Assembly: GCF_044704955.1 (NCBI RefSeq)
Contig: NC_091984.1
Span: forward strand, 148,118,001 to 148,182,000
Direction: 5' to 3'
Length of the DNA stretch: 64,000 nt
DNA from: Pristiophorus japonicus
Taxonomy: Eukaryota
Shown here: in pieces, positions 37,705-50,915 of the stretch
Layout of the letters: every line of letters begins with the position of its first letter
Numbering within the stretch: position 1 is the first letter of the stretch
The notes under the pieces: generated by a model
Database searches by the model: none
What the model was told of the DNA's origin: nothing
Seen by the model: the letters and a program-made list of their open reading frames with translations, nothing else
Made by a program: the position numbers and the translations under genes

Positions 37705-39238
37705 TGTAAGGGGTGGTTTGCAGAGGGTCAGCTTTCCCTTCTGACCTTATATGAGTGGTTCTGAATCGCTCCTACACCCTTGGTTCTAGACACTGGAATT
37801 ATGAAGGGACTGTGACAGACTTGGACAGACAATCGGTTTCAAGGTAGGAAGCAGGTATGGCTTTATTGTGTTTAAAAAGAAGTAAAAGGCACACCTTTAA
37901 TAACACACACACAGATCAATACACACTGAAGGGTACAACACATTGAATAAAATGTCAAATTACAGCCTGTGGGGAAAAGAATACAGCTTAAACTCTAAAT
38001 GTGGTAAAGAGGAGAATGCAGATACATTTACACAAGTTATCCCAGCCTCCCCCCTCCCAATTCCCCTAACTAACTAAGTTATAGCTCTGAGGGTTCAGGG
38101 GCTATGCTCACCAATCCCTTTAGACAGTTGTCGGTGAATCACGGTTTCGGGGTTTGCTGCACTTGGCCTTCTAGGCGAGCCATACCCCGGACGGAGGAGA
38201 GGACTTCGGACTGCGTAGTCTTCAGTTGGGGTGCGTCCGTTGATGCGGTAATTTGCGTTTCGGATGTATGGGATAAGTACCCACTTTCTTTGGTTTTAGT
38301 TAGTCCCTTTTGGTAATTTCTCACCCGTTGGCTGTTCAGAAGTAGATTGTAGAGTGGAGATAAATGTTGATTCTTCGGTTTTTGCTGAGTTGGTTTTGGT
38401 TGGTCGTTTCGCTGGTTGTGGTAGCCCGGGTTTGTCAATTTGGTTGCTGACAACCTTCCATTTCATGGGCCTCGTGCTCGGTCGGTCCTTGATGATTTCT
38501 TGTAGGTTGCTTCACGACTCCATTTCTTCACTCCGGCTGCTTGTGTCTGTCTGTGTTCTGTTCGTGTCTGTGTTCCTTTCGAGTCTATGTCCTGTTCGAG
38601 TCTGTGTTCTGCTAGTCCTGTATTCTGCTAGCTTTCCTTGTAAAACTGGGGTATAGATATATCCCAAAAAAAGGCTCCATTATCTCCCATCAAATCTCTT
38701 GGGCTCTGTTTAAGCTGTTCTGTCCATTGATTTTCAAATGTCTCCTTTGTCAGCAGTAACTTGATTAGGGTGTGAGAATGTGCTCTCATTGGTTTTGCAT
38801 TGTTTTAGGATTGTCCAGTTTTTCTGACCATGATTTCCATTTTACTTGATTGGGTAATTCGATTATCTCTTAGGGGGTGAATAGTTCCCCCAGACAGTCT
38901 GGGATCCTTATTACACGAATTTGCTTCAGACGTTGGCTCCACCTCCTGTATTTGGTAACTCTTTTTCGCAGCCAAAATGTTGTAGAATCTTAAAATCGAT
39001 ATGCTCCTTCCCATAGATGTTTAGGGGATCTCAAGCTTCTGTAATTTTGGTGCATTTTGAATTCCCTTTCCTATGAGTCCAAACACTGCGGGGGGGGGTC
39101 TCCATGAATGAATCCCCTTTTATCCCCCGCAGGCTTCGTCTGCCCCTTTAAACTCATTTTAAAAGCCCAGAACGGGATTCTTCTCCTCTGTAGGGGAAAG
39201 GTATCTGGAATCTTTGCGAGATATTGGTAAATTCTACA
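37705..39238 (-). repeat. 5' LTR (1534 bp)
   Basis: Direct repeat of 29602-31187. Confidence 0.95.
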
Positions 39239-39439
39239 AATTAGCCTCAGTGTACCGGGGCCAGGCAGGGTCACTACTCCCAAATGATCCCGAGACCTCC
39301 TGGAAGGTCAGAGTGCATGGACAATGGGCGAGGGTCAGGATCAGGGCCCTCCCACTTCAATGAAAGAAAGCCTTGAATTTATATAGCACCTTTCACAAAC
39401 TCAGGACATCCCAAAGTGCTTTACAACCAATTGCACACA

Positions 39440-39920
39440 GGAAGATTTACGAGGATGTTGCCTGGACTGGAAAATTTTAGCCATAAGGAAAGATTGGATA
39501 GGCTGGGGTTGTCTTCTTTGGAATAAAGGAGGCTGAGGGGAGACCTTATTGAGGTGTATAAAATTATGAGGGGCCGAGATAGCATGGATAGGAGGGACCT
39601 AGTTTTCCTGAGCAGACAGGTCAACAACCAGGACATAGATTTAAAGTAATTGGTAGGAGGTTTAGAGGGGATTTGAGGGGAAATGTCTTCAACCAGAGGG
39701 TGGTGGGGGTCTGGAACTCACTGCCTGAAAATGTGGTAGAGGCAGAAACCATCACCACATTTGAAAAGTACTTAGATGTGCACTTGAAGTGCTGTAACCT
39801 ATAGGGCTACGGACCAAGAGCTGGAAAGTGGGATTAGGCTGGATAGATCTTTGTCGGCCGGTGCGGACACGATGGGCCGAATGGCCTCCTTACATGTTGT
39901 AAATTTCTCTGATTCTATGA
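39440..39920 (+). mobile_element. CR1 3' fragment inserted in a SINE
   Basis: RRLRGDLIEVYKIMRG and tail ttctctgattctatg; SINE sequence on both sides (39365-39430, 39930-40112). Confidence 0.8.
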
Positions 39921-40111
39921 AGTTCCCAGACTGCAATGAGATCCTGACCAGATCATCGGTTTTAACTATGTTGGTTGCGGGATAAATTTTGACCAGGACA
40001 CTGGGAAGAATCCCCTTGCCCTTCCAGTAGTGATTATGAGATCTATCATGTCCACCTGAGAGAGCAGACGGGACTTCGGTTTAACGTCTCATCTGAAAGA
40101 CAGGACCTCTG

Positions 40112-42850
40112 ACAGAGGGATGATATGTTAGAAGGATCATCAAATGAGGCCATGTGGGTTAAACTGATTAACATAAAAGGGGCAATCACATTGCTGGGTG
40201 TGTAATATAGATCCCTAAACAGTCAGAGGGAGATCGAAGAGTAAATATGTCGGCAAATTGCTGAGAAGGTCAAAAACAATCGGCCAACAATAGTCGGGGA
40301 TTTCAACTCCCCTCACATTAACTGGGATGGAATCAGTGTCAAAGGTATAGAGGTCCCAGAATTCTTCAAATGCATTCAGGAGAACTTTTATAGCCAGTAC
40401 GTAGCAAGCCCAACAAGGGAGAGGGCGGTTCTGGGCTCAGTTTTAGGGAATGAAGCTGGGCAGGTGGGAAAGATATTTTGGTGCTAGTGATCATAATTCA
40501 GTTAGATTTAGCGTAGTTATGGAAAAGGACAAAGATGGAGCAGGAATAAAGGTTCTCAATTGTGGTAAGGCCCATTTTACTAAGCTGAGAGGTGATTTAG
40601 CAAAAGTGGGCTGGAAACAGCTACTTGAAGGTAAATCAGTGTCAGAGCTGTGGGAGGCATTCAAGGGGGAGATAGTAAGGGTTCAGAGCAAGTATGTTCC
40701 CACAAAGGAAAAGGGTGGCACTCCCAAATCTAGTTATGAGGAAAGATTGGATCGGTTGCAGTACAGTGGGACCTGGGGGTACTTGTGCATGAAACACAAT
40801 AGGATAGTATGCAGGTACAGCAAGTGATCAGGAAGGCCAATGGAATCTTCGCCTTTATTGCAAAGGGGATGGAGTATAAAAGCAGGGAAGTCTTGCTACA
40901 GCTATACAGGGTATTGATGAGGCCACACCTGGAATATTGCGTGCAGTTTTCGTTTCCATATTTACGAAAGGATATACTTGCTTTGGAAGCAATTCACAGG
41001 AGATTCACTCGGTTGATTCTGGAAATGAGGTGGTTGACTTTAGAGGAAAGGTTGAGTAGGTTGGGCCTCTACTCAATGGAATGCAGAAGAATGACAGGTG
41101 AACTTATGGAAACATATAAGATTATGAGGGGGCTTGACAAGGTGGATGCAGAGAGGATGTTTCCACTAATGGGGGAGACTAGAACAAGAGAGCATGATCT
41201 TAGAAGAAGGGGCCTCCCATTTACAACTGAGATGAGGAGAAATTTCTTCTCTCAGAGGATTGTACACCTATGGAATTTGCTGCCTCAGAGAGCTGTGGAA
41301 GCTGGGACATTGAATAAATTTACGACAGAGATTGACAGTTTCTTAAATGATAAGAGGATAAGGAGTTATTGGGAGCGGGGAAGTGGAGCTGAGTCCATGA
41401 TCAGATCAGCCATAATTTTATTGAATGGCGGAGCAGGCTCGAGGGGCCATATGGCCTACTCCTGTTCCTATTTCTTATGTTCTTATGTTGAAGGTAAATC
41501 AGTGTCAGAGCAGTGGGAGGCATTCAAGGGGGAGATAGTGAGGGTTCAGAGCAAGTATGTTCCCACAAAGGAAAAGGGTGGCACTCCCAAATCTAGAGCC
41601 CCTGGATGTCGAAGGGCATACAGGGTAGGTTAAGGCAAAAAAGGGAAGCTTATGTCAGATACCCAGAGCTAAATACTGCAGAAAGCCCAGAGGTGTATAG
41701 AAAGTGCAGGGGTGAAATTAAAAAGGAAATTAGGAATGCAAAGAGAGGGTATGAAAAAATATTGGCAAGTATAGTCAGGAAAAACTCAAAGATGTTTAAT
41801 AAATACATGAAAAGCAAGAGGATAACTAAAGAAAGAGTGTGGCCTATTGGAGACCAAAAAGGTAACCTGCGTGTGGAGGCAGAAATGTGGGAATAGTTAT
41901 AAATGAATACTTTGTATCTACCTTCACAGAAGAGAGGGACGATGCAGACATTGTAATTAAGGAAGACAAGTGTGAAATATTTGATGAGATAAACATAGTG
42001 AGTGAAGAAGTATTAAGGGGTTTAGCATATAATCTATTCAATGTTGTTAAGTGAAGCAAGGGAGGAAATAGCAGAGGCTCTGACCATAATTTTTCAATCT
42101 ACCCTGTTTCCAGGTGAGGTGTCGGAGGACTGGAGGACTGCTAACATGGTACCTTTGTTTAAAAAGGGGGAAAGAGATAGGCCGAGTAATAACAGGCCAG
42201 TCAGCTTAACCTCGGTGGTGGGAAAATTATTGGAAACAATTCCGAGGGAGAGGATAAATTGTCATATAGAAAGGGACGGATTAATCAAGGACAGTAAGCA
42301 TGGATTTGTTAAGGGAATGTTGTGCCTGACTAACGTGATTGAATTTTTTGCGGAGATAACAAGGAGGGTCGATGAGTGTTGCATTTTTGATATAGTCTAC
42401 ATGGATCTTTGCAAGGCTTTTGGCAAGGTCTCACATGGCAGAAAAGTAAAAAGCCCATGGGATCCAAGGGCAAGTGGCAAGTTGAATCCAAAAATGGCTC
42501 AGTGGCAGGAAGCAAAGGGTAATGGTCAACAAGTGTTTTTGTGACTGGAAGGCTGTTTCGAGTATTGTTCCGCAGGGCTCAGTACTAAGTCCCTTGCGCA
42601 TTGTAATATACACCAATGATTTAGAATTCAATGTAGGGGACATGATTAAGAATTTTCTGATGATACAAAAATTGGCTGTGCGATTGATAGTGAGGAAGAA
42701 AGCTGTAGACAGCAGGAAGATATCAATGGACTGGTCAGGTGGGCAGAACTGTGGCAAAAGGAATTCAATCCCGAGAACTGTGAGGTAATGCATTTGGGGA
42801 AGTCTAACAACGCAAATGAATACACATTACATGACAGGACACTGAGAATT
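40112..42850 (+). mobile_element. CR1 ORF2 (EN-RT) with a nested CR1 3' insertion (40734-41487)
   Basis: EN (GDFN, SDHN) and RT motifs; the nested copy has ORF 40809-41633 and a ttcttatg tail. Confidence 0.88.
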
Positions 42851-45645
42851 CCCTGGATTCTTGGGAGGTTCCAGCAGTTTGGAAATCTGCAAATGTAACG
42901 CCCCTATTTAAAAAAGGAGGCAGACAAAAAGCAGGAAATTATAGACCAGTTAGCCTAACATAACTGTGGTTGGGAAAATGTTGGAATCCATTATTAAAGA
43001 AGCAGTAGCAGGACATTTGGATAAGCAAAATTCGGTCAGGCAGAGTCAGCATGGATTTACGAAGGGGAAGTCATGTTTGACAAATTTTCTGGAGTTCTTT
43101 GAGGATGTAACGAATAGGGTGGATAAAGACTTCCAGCAGGCATTTGACAAGGTGCCACATAAAAGGTTACTGCACAAGATAAAAGTTCACGGGGTTTGGG
43201 GTAGTATATTAGAATGGATAGAGGATTGGCCAATGAACAGAAAACAGAGAGTCACGATAAATGGTTCATTCTCGGGTTGGCAATCCATAACAAGTGGGGT
43301 GCTGCAGGGATCAGTGTTGGGACCCCAACTATTTGCAATCTATATTAATGATTTGGATGAAGGGACCGAGTGTAACGTAGCCATGTTTGCTGATGATACA
43401 AAGATGGGAGTAAAAGCAATGTGTGAGGAAGACACAAAAAACCTGCAAAAAGGCATAGACAGGCAAAGTGAGCTGGCAAAAATTTGGCAGATTCAGTATC
43501 ATGTTGGAAAGTGTGAGGTTATGCACATTGGCAGAAAAAAATCAAAGAGCAAGTTTTATTCGAATAGAGAAAAATTGCAAAGTGCTGTAGTACAGCGGGA
43601 CCTGGGGGTAATTGTGCATGAAACACAAAAGGATAGTATGCGGGTACAGCAAGTGATCAGGAAGGCCAATGGTTTCTTGGCCATTATTGCAGTGGGAATG
43701 AAATATAAAAGCAGGGAAGTCTTGCTTCAGTTATATAGGGTATTGGTGAGGAATACTGCGTGCAATTTTGGTTTCCATATTTAAGAAAGGATATACTTGC
43801 TTTGGAGGCAGTTCAGAGAAGGTTCACTAGATTGATTCCAGAGCTGAGGGGGATTGTCTTTTGAGGAAAGGTTGAGTAGGTTGGGCATCTACTCATTGGA
43901 ATTCAGAAGAATGAGAGGTGATCTTATCGAAACATGTAAGATTATGAGGGGGCTTGACAAGGTGGATGCAGAGAGGATGTTTCCACTGATAGGGGAGACT
44001 AGAACTAGGGAACTGAGGTGAGAGTGAGATGAGGAAGAATTTCTTCTCTCAGAATCTTTAATCTCTAATTATTCTCTAATCTCCGGATTACTCCCGGTGC
44101 CACGAGCTAGTGAATACAGAAACAGGAGGATAGAGCAGATGAATGCGTGGCTGGAGAGATGGTGCAGGTGGGACGCTTTAGTTTCCTGAGGCATTGAGAC
44201 CGTTTCTGGGGAGGTGGGACCTCTACAAACCGGCCGGGTTGCTCCTCAACAGAGCCGGGACAATATCCTCGAGGGGAGCATTTGTTAGTCATGTTGGGGA
44301 GGGTTTAAACTAGCTTGGAAGGGGGATGGGAACCTGAGAATAGATTCAGTAGGGAGGGGACTAAAGCTGGAATTAGAAAGCAAAAATAAATAAAGTGAGT
44401 TTGAAGGAGAGAGGAAACAAGCAGATAAAAAGGGTAAAAAACAAATTCAAAGACTCTTTGTCTAAATTAGAAAATAGATGAGTTGACGGCACAAATAGAT
44501 ACAAATGAATATGATCTGATAGCCATTACAGAGACGTGGTTGCAAGGTGACCAGGACTGGGAACTAAATACTCAGGAGTCCTTGACAATCCGGAAGGACA
44601 GACAGAAATGTAAAGGAGGTGGGGTTGCTCCATTGATAAAGGATGGAATCACTGCAATAGTGAGAAATGATATTGGCTCAAATGATCAGGATGTTGAAAC
44701 AGTTTGGATGGAGATAAGGAATAATAAAGGGAAAAAGTCACTGATGGGCGTAGTCTATAGGCCCCCTAGCAGAAGCAACTCTGTTGGTCGGAGTATAAAG
44801 CAAGAAATAGTGGTGGCTTGTAAAAAGTGAACAGCAATAATCATGGGTGATTTTAACCTCCACATTGATTGGATAAATCAAATCAGGCAGGGTAGTCTTG
44901 AGGAAGAGTTCATAGAGTGCATAAGAGATGGATTCCCTGAGCAGTATGTAACGGAACCAACCAGGGGGCAGGCTATCTTAGATCTGGTCCTATGTAATGA
45001 GACAGTATTAATAAACAATCTCCTAGTAAAGGATACCCTTGGACTGAGTGATGATAACATGGTTCAATTTCAAATTCAGATGGGGTGGGGGGGTGAGAAA
45101 GTTGGATCTCTAACCAGCGTACTAAGCTTAAATAAAGGAGACTACAAAGGTATGAGGGCAGAGTTGGCTAAAGTGGACTGGGAAAATAGATTAAAGTATA
45201 GGACGGCTGATGAACAGTGGCGTACATATAAGGAGATATTTCACAACTCTCAAGAAAAATATATTCCAGTGAGGAGGAAATGGTGTAAAAGAAAAGATAG
45301 CCATCTGTGGCTAACTAAAGAAATAAAGGACGGTATCCAATTAAAAACAAGGGCATACAAAGGGTCCCAAACCAGTGGGAGGACTGAAGATTGGGAAGCT
45401 TTTAAAAGCCAGCAAAGAATGACTAAAAAAGTGATTAAGAAAGGGAAGATAGACTATGAAAGTAAACTAGCACAAAATATAAAAACAGATAGCAAGAGTT
45501 TCTATAGGTATATAAAAAGGAAAAGAGTGGCTAAAGTAAATGATGATCCCTGAGAGGACAAAACGAGGGAATTAATAATGGAAAACATGGAGATGGCAGA
45601 AACTCCGAACAAATATTTTGTATCAGTCTTTAGAGTAGAGGACAC
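42850..45645 (+). mobile_element. Stack of CR1 fragments (RT 42850-44055; ORF1 end + EN 44075-45645)
   Basis: ORFs 42966-43784 (FADD), 44483-44830 (AITETW, VYRPP), 44843-45553. Confidence 0.88.
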
Positions 45646-46368
45646 TGAGATGAGGAGGAATTTCTTCTCTCAGATGATTGCAAATCTGTGGAATTCGCTG
45701 CCTGAGAGAGCTGTGGAAGCTGGGTCAGAGAAGATATTTAAGACAGAGATAGATAGTTTCTTAACACTCAATGGAATAAGGGGTTATGGGGAGCGGGCTG
45801 GGAATTAACCTGAGTCCATGATCGGATCGGCCATGATCGTATTAAATAGTGGAGCAGGCTCGAGGGGCCCTGTGGCCTACTCCTGCTCCTATTTCTTATG
45901 TTCTTTAACTGGGGAGGAGTGGGAATAATTGGGTAATTCTTTCAAAGAGCCGGCACAGGCACGATGGGCTGAATGGCCTTCTTCTGTGCTGTAAGATTCT
46001 AGGCTGTGAGCGTGGTTCACAGTTTTCTCCCGTGTCGTTAACAAACGTACAGCTGTGACAACCTCCCTCTTTCACTTCCTCTGTGGGTGAAGTTTCATTC
46101 TTCCGATCTGACAGTCTCTTCAGTTATTTTTTCCATGGAGGATTTCTGCTGTGGTCTGAGCATCTAATAATAACTGTCCAATCAGGCAGAATAACAGCAG
46201 CTCGGACCGGCTAGGACAGTGGACCCAGGCTCAGTGCTGACCCTGCAACGTCCTCCTCACCAACATCTGAGGACTTGTGCCAAAAGTGGGAGAGCTGCCC
46301 CACAGACTAGTCAAGCACCAGTCTGACATAGTCCTACTCACAGAATCAGACCTTTCAGCCAATGTCCT
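45645..46368 (-). repeat. Segmental duplication module, copy C (inverted, partial)
   Basis: Reverse complement of ~56620-57350, including the CR1-tail junction ttcttatgttctttaa|ctggggaggagtggga. Confidence 0.88.
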
Positions 46369-46612
46369 ACTGCCCCCTCTCTCCGCCCCCAAAATCCCAT
46401 GAATCCTTAAACAGGAACCCTTTTGAAGAACAGTGTGTTCTGAGATCCTGGCTGGGAGAGATTCTGTGCTGAGAAAACAATCGCTACCATTCGTGAAAAA
46501 GTACTCAGTAAAATAATGGAACTAAAGGTGGACAAGTCCCCTGGACCTGATGGCCAGCATCCTAGGGTCTTTAATGAAGTGGATGCATAAATTGTGGATG
46601 CATTGGTTGAAA

Positions 46613-49495
46613 TCTATCTTTCCTTTCTTTATTGCTTCTTAGTCATTCTTTGCTGTCGTTTAAAATTTTCCCAATTTTCTAGTTTCCCACTAACCTTGGC
46701 CACCTTATACTCATTGGTTTTTAATTTGATACTCTCCTTTATTTCCTTGGTTATCCACGCCTGGTTATCCCTTCTCTTACCGCCCTTCAAAAGATAGACA
46801 AGAAGGGAAAGGAGGTGGGCTAGCTCTGTTAATAAAGGATGATATCAGAGCAGTTGTGAGAGATGATATTGGATCTAATAAACAAAATGTTGAATCATTG
46901 TGGATGGAGATTAGAGATAGTCAGGGGAAAAAGTCACTGGTGGGCGTAATTTATAGGCCCCCAAATAATAACTTCACAGTGGGGCGGACAATAATCAAGG
47001 GAATAATGGAGGCATGTGAAAAAGGAACGGCAGTAATCATGGGGGATTTTAACCTACATACCGATTGGTCAAATCAAATCGCACAGGGTAGCCTTGAAGA
47101 GGAATTCATAGAATGCATACGGGATTGTTTCTTAGAACAGTATGTTACAGAACCTACAAGGGAGCAAGCTATCTTAGATCTGGTCCTGTGTAATGAGACA
47201 GGAATAATAAACGATCTCCTTGTAAAAGATCCTCTCGGAATGAGTGATCACAGTATGGTTGAATTTATAATACAGATTGAGGGTGAGGGAGTCGTGTCTC
47301 AAACGAGCATACTATGCTTAAACAAAGGGGACTACAGTGGGATGAGGGCAGAGTTGGCTAAAGTAGACTGGCAACACAGACTAAACGGTGGCACACTTGA
47401 GGAACAGTGGAGGACTTTTAAGGAGCTCTTTCATAGTGCTCAACAAAAATATATTCCAGTGAAAAAGATGGTCGGTAAGAGAAAGGATAACCAGCCATGG
47501 ATAACCAAGGAAATAAAGGAGAGTATCAAATTAAAAACAATGCATATAAGGTGGCCAAGGTTAGTGGGAAACAAGAAGATTGGGAAAATTTTAAACGACA
47601 GCAAAGAATGACTAAGAAAGCAATAAGGAAAGGAAAGATCGATTATCAAAGTAAACTTGCGCAAAACATAAAAACAGATAGTAAAAGCTTTTACCGATAT
47701 ATAAAACGGAAAAGAGTGACTAATGTAAATGTTGGTCCCTTAGAAGATGAGATGGGGGATTTAATAATGGGAAATGTGGAAATGGCTGAGACCTTAAACA
47801 ATTATTTTGCTTCGGTCTTCAAAGTGGAAGACACAAAAACCATGCCAAAAATTGCTGGTCATGGGAATGTGGGAAGTGAGGACTTTGAGACAATCACTAT
47901 CACTAGGTGGGTAGTGCTGGACAGGCTAATGGGACTCAAGGTAGACAAGTCCCCTGGTCCTCATGAAATGCATCCCAGGGTATTAAAATAGATGGCGGAT
48001 GTTATAGCAGATGCATTCGTTATAATCTACCAAAATTCTCTGAACTCTGTTTAAAAAAGGGGGCAGAAAAAAGGCAGTTAACTAAAGGCCGGATAGTTTA
48101 ACATCTGTAGTGGGGAAAATGCTTGAAGCGATCATTAAGGAAGAAATGGCCGGACATCTAGATAGGAATAGTGCAATCAAGCAGACGCAACATGGATTCA
48201 TGAAGGGGAAATCATGTTTAACTAATTTACCGGAATTCTTTGAGGATATAATGAGCAAGGTGGATAGAGGTGTACCGATGGATGTAGAGTATTTGGATTT
48301 CCAAAAGGCATTCGACAAGGTGCCACATAAAAGGTTACTGCAGAAAATAAAGGTACGCGGAGTCAGAGGAAATGTATTAGCATGGATAGAGAATTGGCTA
48401 ACTAACAGAAAGCAGAGAGTTGGGATAAATGGGTCCTTTTCAGGTTGGCAATCGGTGATTAGTGGTGTGCCACAGGGATTGGTGCTGGGGCCACAACTGT
48501 TTACAATATACATAGATGACCTGGAAGAGGGGACAGAGTGTAGTGTAACAAAATTTGCAGATGACACAAAGATTAGTGGGAAAGCGGGTTGTGTAGAGGA
48601 CACAGAGAGGCTGCAAAGAGATTTAGATAGGTTAAGCGAATGGGCTAAGGTTTGGCAGATGGAATACAATGTCGGAAAATGTGAGGTCATCCACCTTGGA
48701 AAAAAAAACAGTAAAAGTGAATATTATTTGAATGAGGAGAAATTACAACATGCTGCGTTGCAGAGGGACCTGGGGGTCCTTGTGAATGAATCACAAAATG
48801 TTAGTTTGCAGGTGCAGCAGGTAATCAGGAAGGCAAATGGAATGTTGGCCTTCATTGCGAGAGGGATGGAGTACAAAAGCAAGGAGGTCCTGCTGCAACT
48901 GTATAGGGTATTGGTGAGGCCGCACCTGGAGTACTGCGTGCAGTTTTGGTCACCATACTTAAGGAAGTATATACTAGCTTTGGAGGGGGTACAGAGACGA
49001 TTCACTCGGCTGATTCCGCAGATGAGGGGGTTACCTTATGATGATAGATTGAGTAGACTGGGTCTTTACTCGTTGGAGTTCAGAAGGATGAGGGGTGATC
49101 TTATAGAAACATTTAAAATAATGAAAGGGATAGACAAGATAGAGGCAGAGAGGTTGTTTCCACTGGTTGGGGAGACTAGAACTAGGGGGCACAGCATCAA
49201 AATACGGGGGAGCCAATTTAAAACCGAGTTGAGAAGGAATTTCTTCTCCCAGAGGGTTGTGAATCTGTGGAATTCTCTGCCCAAGGAAGCAGTTCAGGCT
49301 AGCTCATTGAATGTATTCAAGTCACAGATAGATAGATTTTTAACAATAAGGGAATTAAGGATTATGGGGAGCGGGCGGGTAAGTGGAGCTGAGTCCACGG
49401 CCAGGTCAGCCATGATCTTGTTGAATGGCGGAGCAGGCTCGAGGGGCGAGATGGCCTACTCCTGTTCCTAATTCTTATATTCTTATGTTCTTATG
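46613..49495 (+). mobile_element. Young CR1 LINE (ORF2 EN-RT; 453-aa open RT/C-terminus) nested in an older CR1
   Basis: ORFs 46856-47611, 47497-47991, 48110-49471; same subfamily as 5951-9259; host CR1 sequence resumes at 49496. Confidence 0.95.
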
Positions 49496-50915
49496 TACCA
49501 AATTCTGGAGAGGTCCCAGCAGATTGGAAAACCGCAAATATAACGCCCTTATTTAAAAAAGGGAGACAGAAAGCAGGAATATAGACCAGTTAGTCTAACA
49601 TCTGTCGTTGGGAAAATGCTGGAGTTCATTATCAAGGAAGCAGTAGCAGGACATTTGGGAAAGCAGAATTCAATCAAGCAGAGTCAGCCTGTTTTTATGA
49701 AAGTGAAATCATGCTTGACACATTTGTTGGAGTTCTTTGAGGACGTAACACGCAGGGTGGCTATGGGGGAACAAGTGGATGTGGTGTATTTGGATTTCTA
49801 GAAGGGATTCAATAAGATACCACATAAAAGATTACCACTCACGATAAGAGAACATGGGTTTGGTGCTAATATATTAGCATGGATAGAGGATTGGTTAACT
49901 CGCAGAAAACAGGGAGTCAGGATAAATGGGTCATTTTCTGGTAGGCAAACGGTAACTAGTGGGGTTTCACAGGGATCGGTGTTGGGGCCTCAACTATTTA
50001 CAATCTATGGTAATAACTTGTATGAAGGGACCGAGTGTAAAAAATCGAATAGCAAATTATTATTTAAATGGAGAGAGATTACAAAATGCTGCAATACAGA
50101 GGGACCTGGGGGTCCTTGCGCATGAAACACAAAAAGTTAGTATGCAAGCACAGCAAGTAATCAGGACGGCAAATGGAATGTTGGCCTTAATTGCAAGGGG
50201 GATGGAGTATAAAAGCAGGGAAGTCCTGCTACATCTGTACAGGGTATTGGTGAGACCACACCGAGAGTACTGTGTACAGTTTTGGTCCCCTTATTATAAG
50301 GAGGGATATATTTGCACTGGAGGCAGTTCAGATAAGGTTCACGAGGTTGATTCCTGAGATGAAGGGGCTGACTTATGAAGAAAGGTTGAGCAAGTTACCA
50401 GAACATAAGAAATAGGCCCCTCCGCCATTCAATAAGATCATGGCTGATCTGATCATGTACTCAGCTCCACTTCCATGCCTGCTCCACCTATACTCTTTGG
50501 AGTTTAGAAGAATGAGAGATGAACTTCTTGAAACATGTAAGATTCTGAGGTGGCTCGACAAGGTAGATGCAGAGAGGATGTTTCCACTCATAGGGGAATC
50601 TAGAACTCGGGGGCAGAGTTTAAGAATAAGAGGTCACCCATTTAGAATTGAGATGAGGAGGAATTTCTTCTCTCAGAGGGTTGTAAATCTGTTCAATTCT
50701 CTGCCTGAGAGAGTTGTGGAGGCTGTGTCATTGAATATATTTAAGTTGGAGATAGACAGATTTTTGAACGATAAGGCAGTAAAGGATTATGGGGAGCGGG
50801 CAGGGAAGTGGAGCTGAGCCCAGGATCAGATCAGCCATGATCTTATTAATTGGCAGAGCAGGCTCGAGGGGCCAAATGGCCTAGTCCTGCTCCTATTTCT
50901 TATGTACTTATGATT
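49496..50915 (+). mobile_element. Older CR1 RT/3' end (continuation of 46495-46612)
   Basis: ORFs 49616-49801, 49959-50357, 50440-50817; tail at ~50895-50915. Confidence 0.85.

Larger units (their letters stand above)
29602..39238 (-). mobile_element. Retrovirus-like provirus with long LTRs (lokiretrovirus/spuma-related by inference), no clear env
   Basis: LTRs 39238-37705 and 31187-29602, TGTAG...TTACA termini, TSD AATT (29598-29601 and 39239-39242), PBS, PPT, gag-pro-RT-tether-RH-IN. Confidence 0.92.
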
